From: Heptranchias perlo
Taxonomy: Eukaryota
Assembly: GCF_035084215.1 (NCBI RefSeq)
Contig: NC_090330.1
Span: forward strand, 12,648,001-12,712,000
Length of the DNA stretch: 64,000 nucleotides
Reading direction: 5' to 3'
Positions 63,101 through 64,000 of this stretch are shown piece by piece. A model generated the notes under the pieces. The model was not told the DNA's origin and ran no database searches. It saw nothing but the letters and a program-made list of their open reading frames with translations. The position numbers and the translations under genes were made by a program. Each line of letters starts with the position of its first letter. Position 1 is the first letter of the stretch.

Positions 63101-63769
63101 AGTTCCATTCAACAGCTTGCGTGCAATCAACGGAGCGACATATTTCTGAGTATTTTAAAAAGTGTCGTTATTGGCAATGATCACATCAGTAGTTCAGGAA
63201 ACATGCTAAAGCAATTTGAACTGTGCTTGTTTTGCCTTTTTTTTTACCATTTATGGACAGAAGTCAGAACCCTGTGTCTTCAGGATGTGAGGGTAGTGTT
63301 TATTTCTGGTGCAATGAGGAAAAAGCAGGTTTTCGAACTCTGACTGCGATCCCACTCACAGCTGAAACAATGCAATCCTGCAAAATCTGTCTGCACCTCC
63401 AACTCCTCAGCTTGGGTGAGTATCACTGCTGGCAGCATCTCAGAACAGAATGATTGAGAGTGCAGTTTACTGCGGACAACTAGGAACTTCCCTTAGTAGA
63501 GTGGCATTGATTCTTTCAAGAGACTACACCATTGTGCTGCTGTGGTAGACCAGCATCATTATTCGTGTAGTTTTTCAATTCTCCCAAGCAGTCATCTGAA
63601 AAACAGCATCAGATATGATAGACTTCTTCGTCTCTGCAATGGAAACATTCTTAAACAGGAAGGAAAGCTAAAGTAACTAATTTACAATTACTTGACAAAG
63701 AGAACTTAACCAGTGAGCTTGGCAGAATTTTTAGCATCTTTCAGCAAAACCATCTTCAGAAAATTTCAG

Positions 63770-64000
63770 TTTTTTTAATTGAAAATTATGAGGGGTTTTA
63801 ATAGGGTTGACAGGGAGAAACTGTTTCCACTGGGTTGGTAGGAGGGTTGGTAACCAGAGGACACAGATTTAAGATAAATGGCAAGAAAGCCAGGGGGAGA
63901 TGAGGAGAAATTTTTTTACTCAGCGAGTTGTTAAGATCTGGAATGCATTGCCTGAAAGGGTAGTGAAAGCAGATTCAATAGTAACTTTCAAAAGGGAATT
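63770..64000 (+). mobile_element. CR1 LINE 3' fragment (runs off the window)
   Basis: KIMRGF.RVDREKLFPL..TRGHRFK..FFTQRVVKIWNALP. Confidence 0.85.

Overview
Vertebrate genomic DNA, most likely a cartilaginous fish (inferred from the shark-type repeat landscape: CR1, L2, Deu-domain tRNA SINEs, Penelope-like elements). Genes: (1) a complete five-exon NIPA1 on the minus strand (CDS 42886->32842, 312 aa, all splice phases consistent); (2) an intronless MPEG1/perforin-2 on the plus strand (53668-55851) behind a compact PU.1/AP-1/RUNX/NF-kB-like promoter; (3) a CpG-island promoter at ~18.9-19.5 kb with a first-exon donor and a candidate second exon (13149-13273) of another minus-strand gene, probably NIPA2 by synteny (not shown by coding sequence). 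The most striking system is a young Penelope-like element (PLE, GIY-YIG) family. Its 3' end carries a minimal type I hammerhead ribozyme, a covarying terminal stem-loop and a ~35-nt tail. It inserts repeatedly as asymmetric head-to-head palindromes, from 2.4 kb down to ~180 bp and a 19-bp footprint, each flanked by a 9-13 bp target-site duplication. One copy has tandem hammerheads 66 nt apart, and another has a fold-back copy of target DNA at its 5' junction. Also notable: a 387-bp duplication of the candidate exon, and two LINE copies sharing the same disabling mutations that flank MPEG1 in inverted orientation. All coordinates were read by eye; repeat boundaries are approximate unless a TSD defines them.
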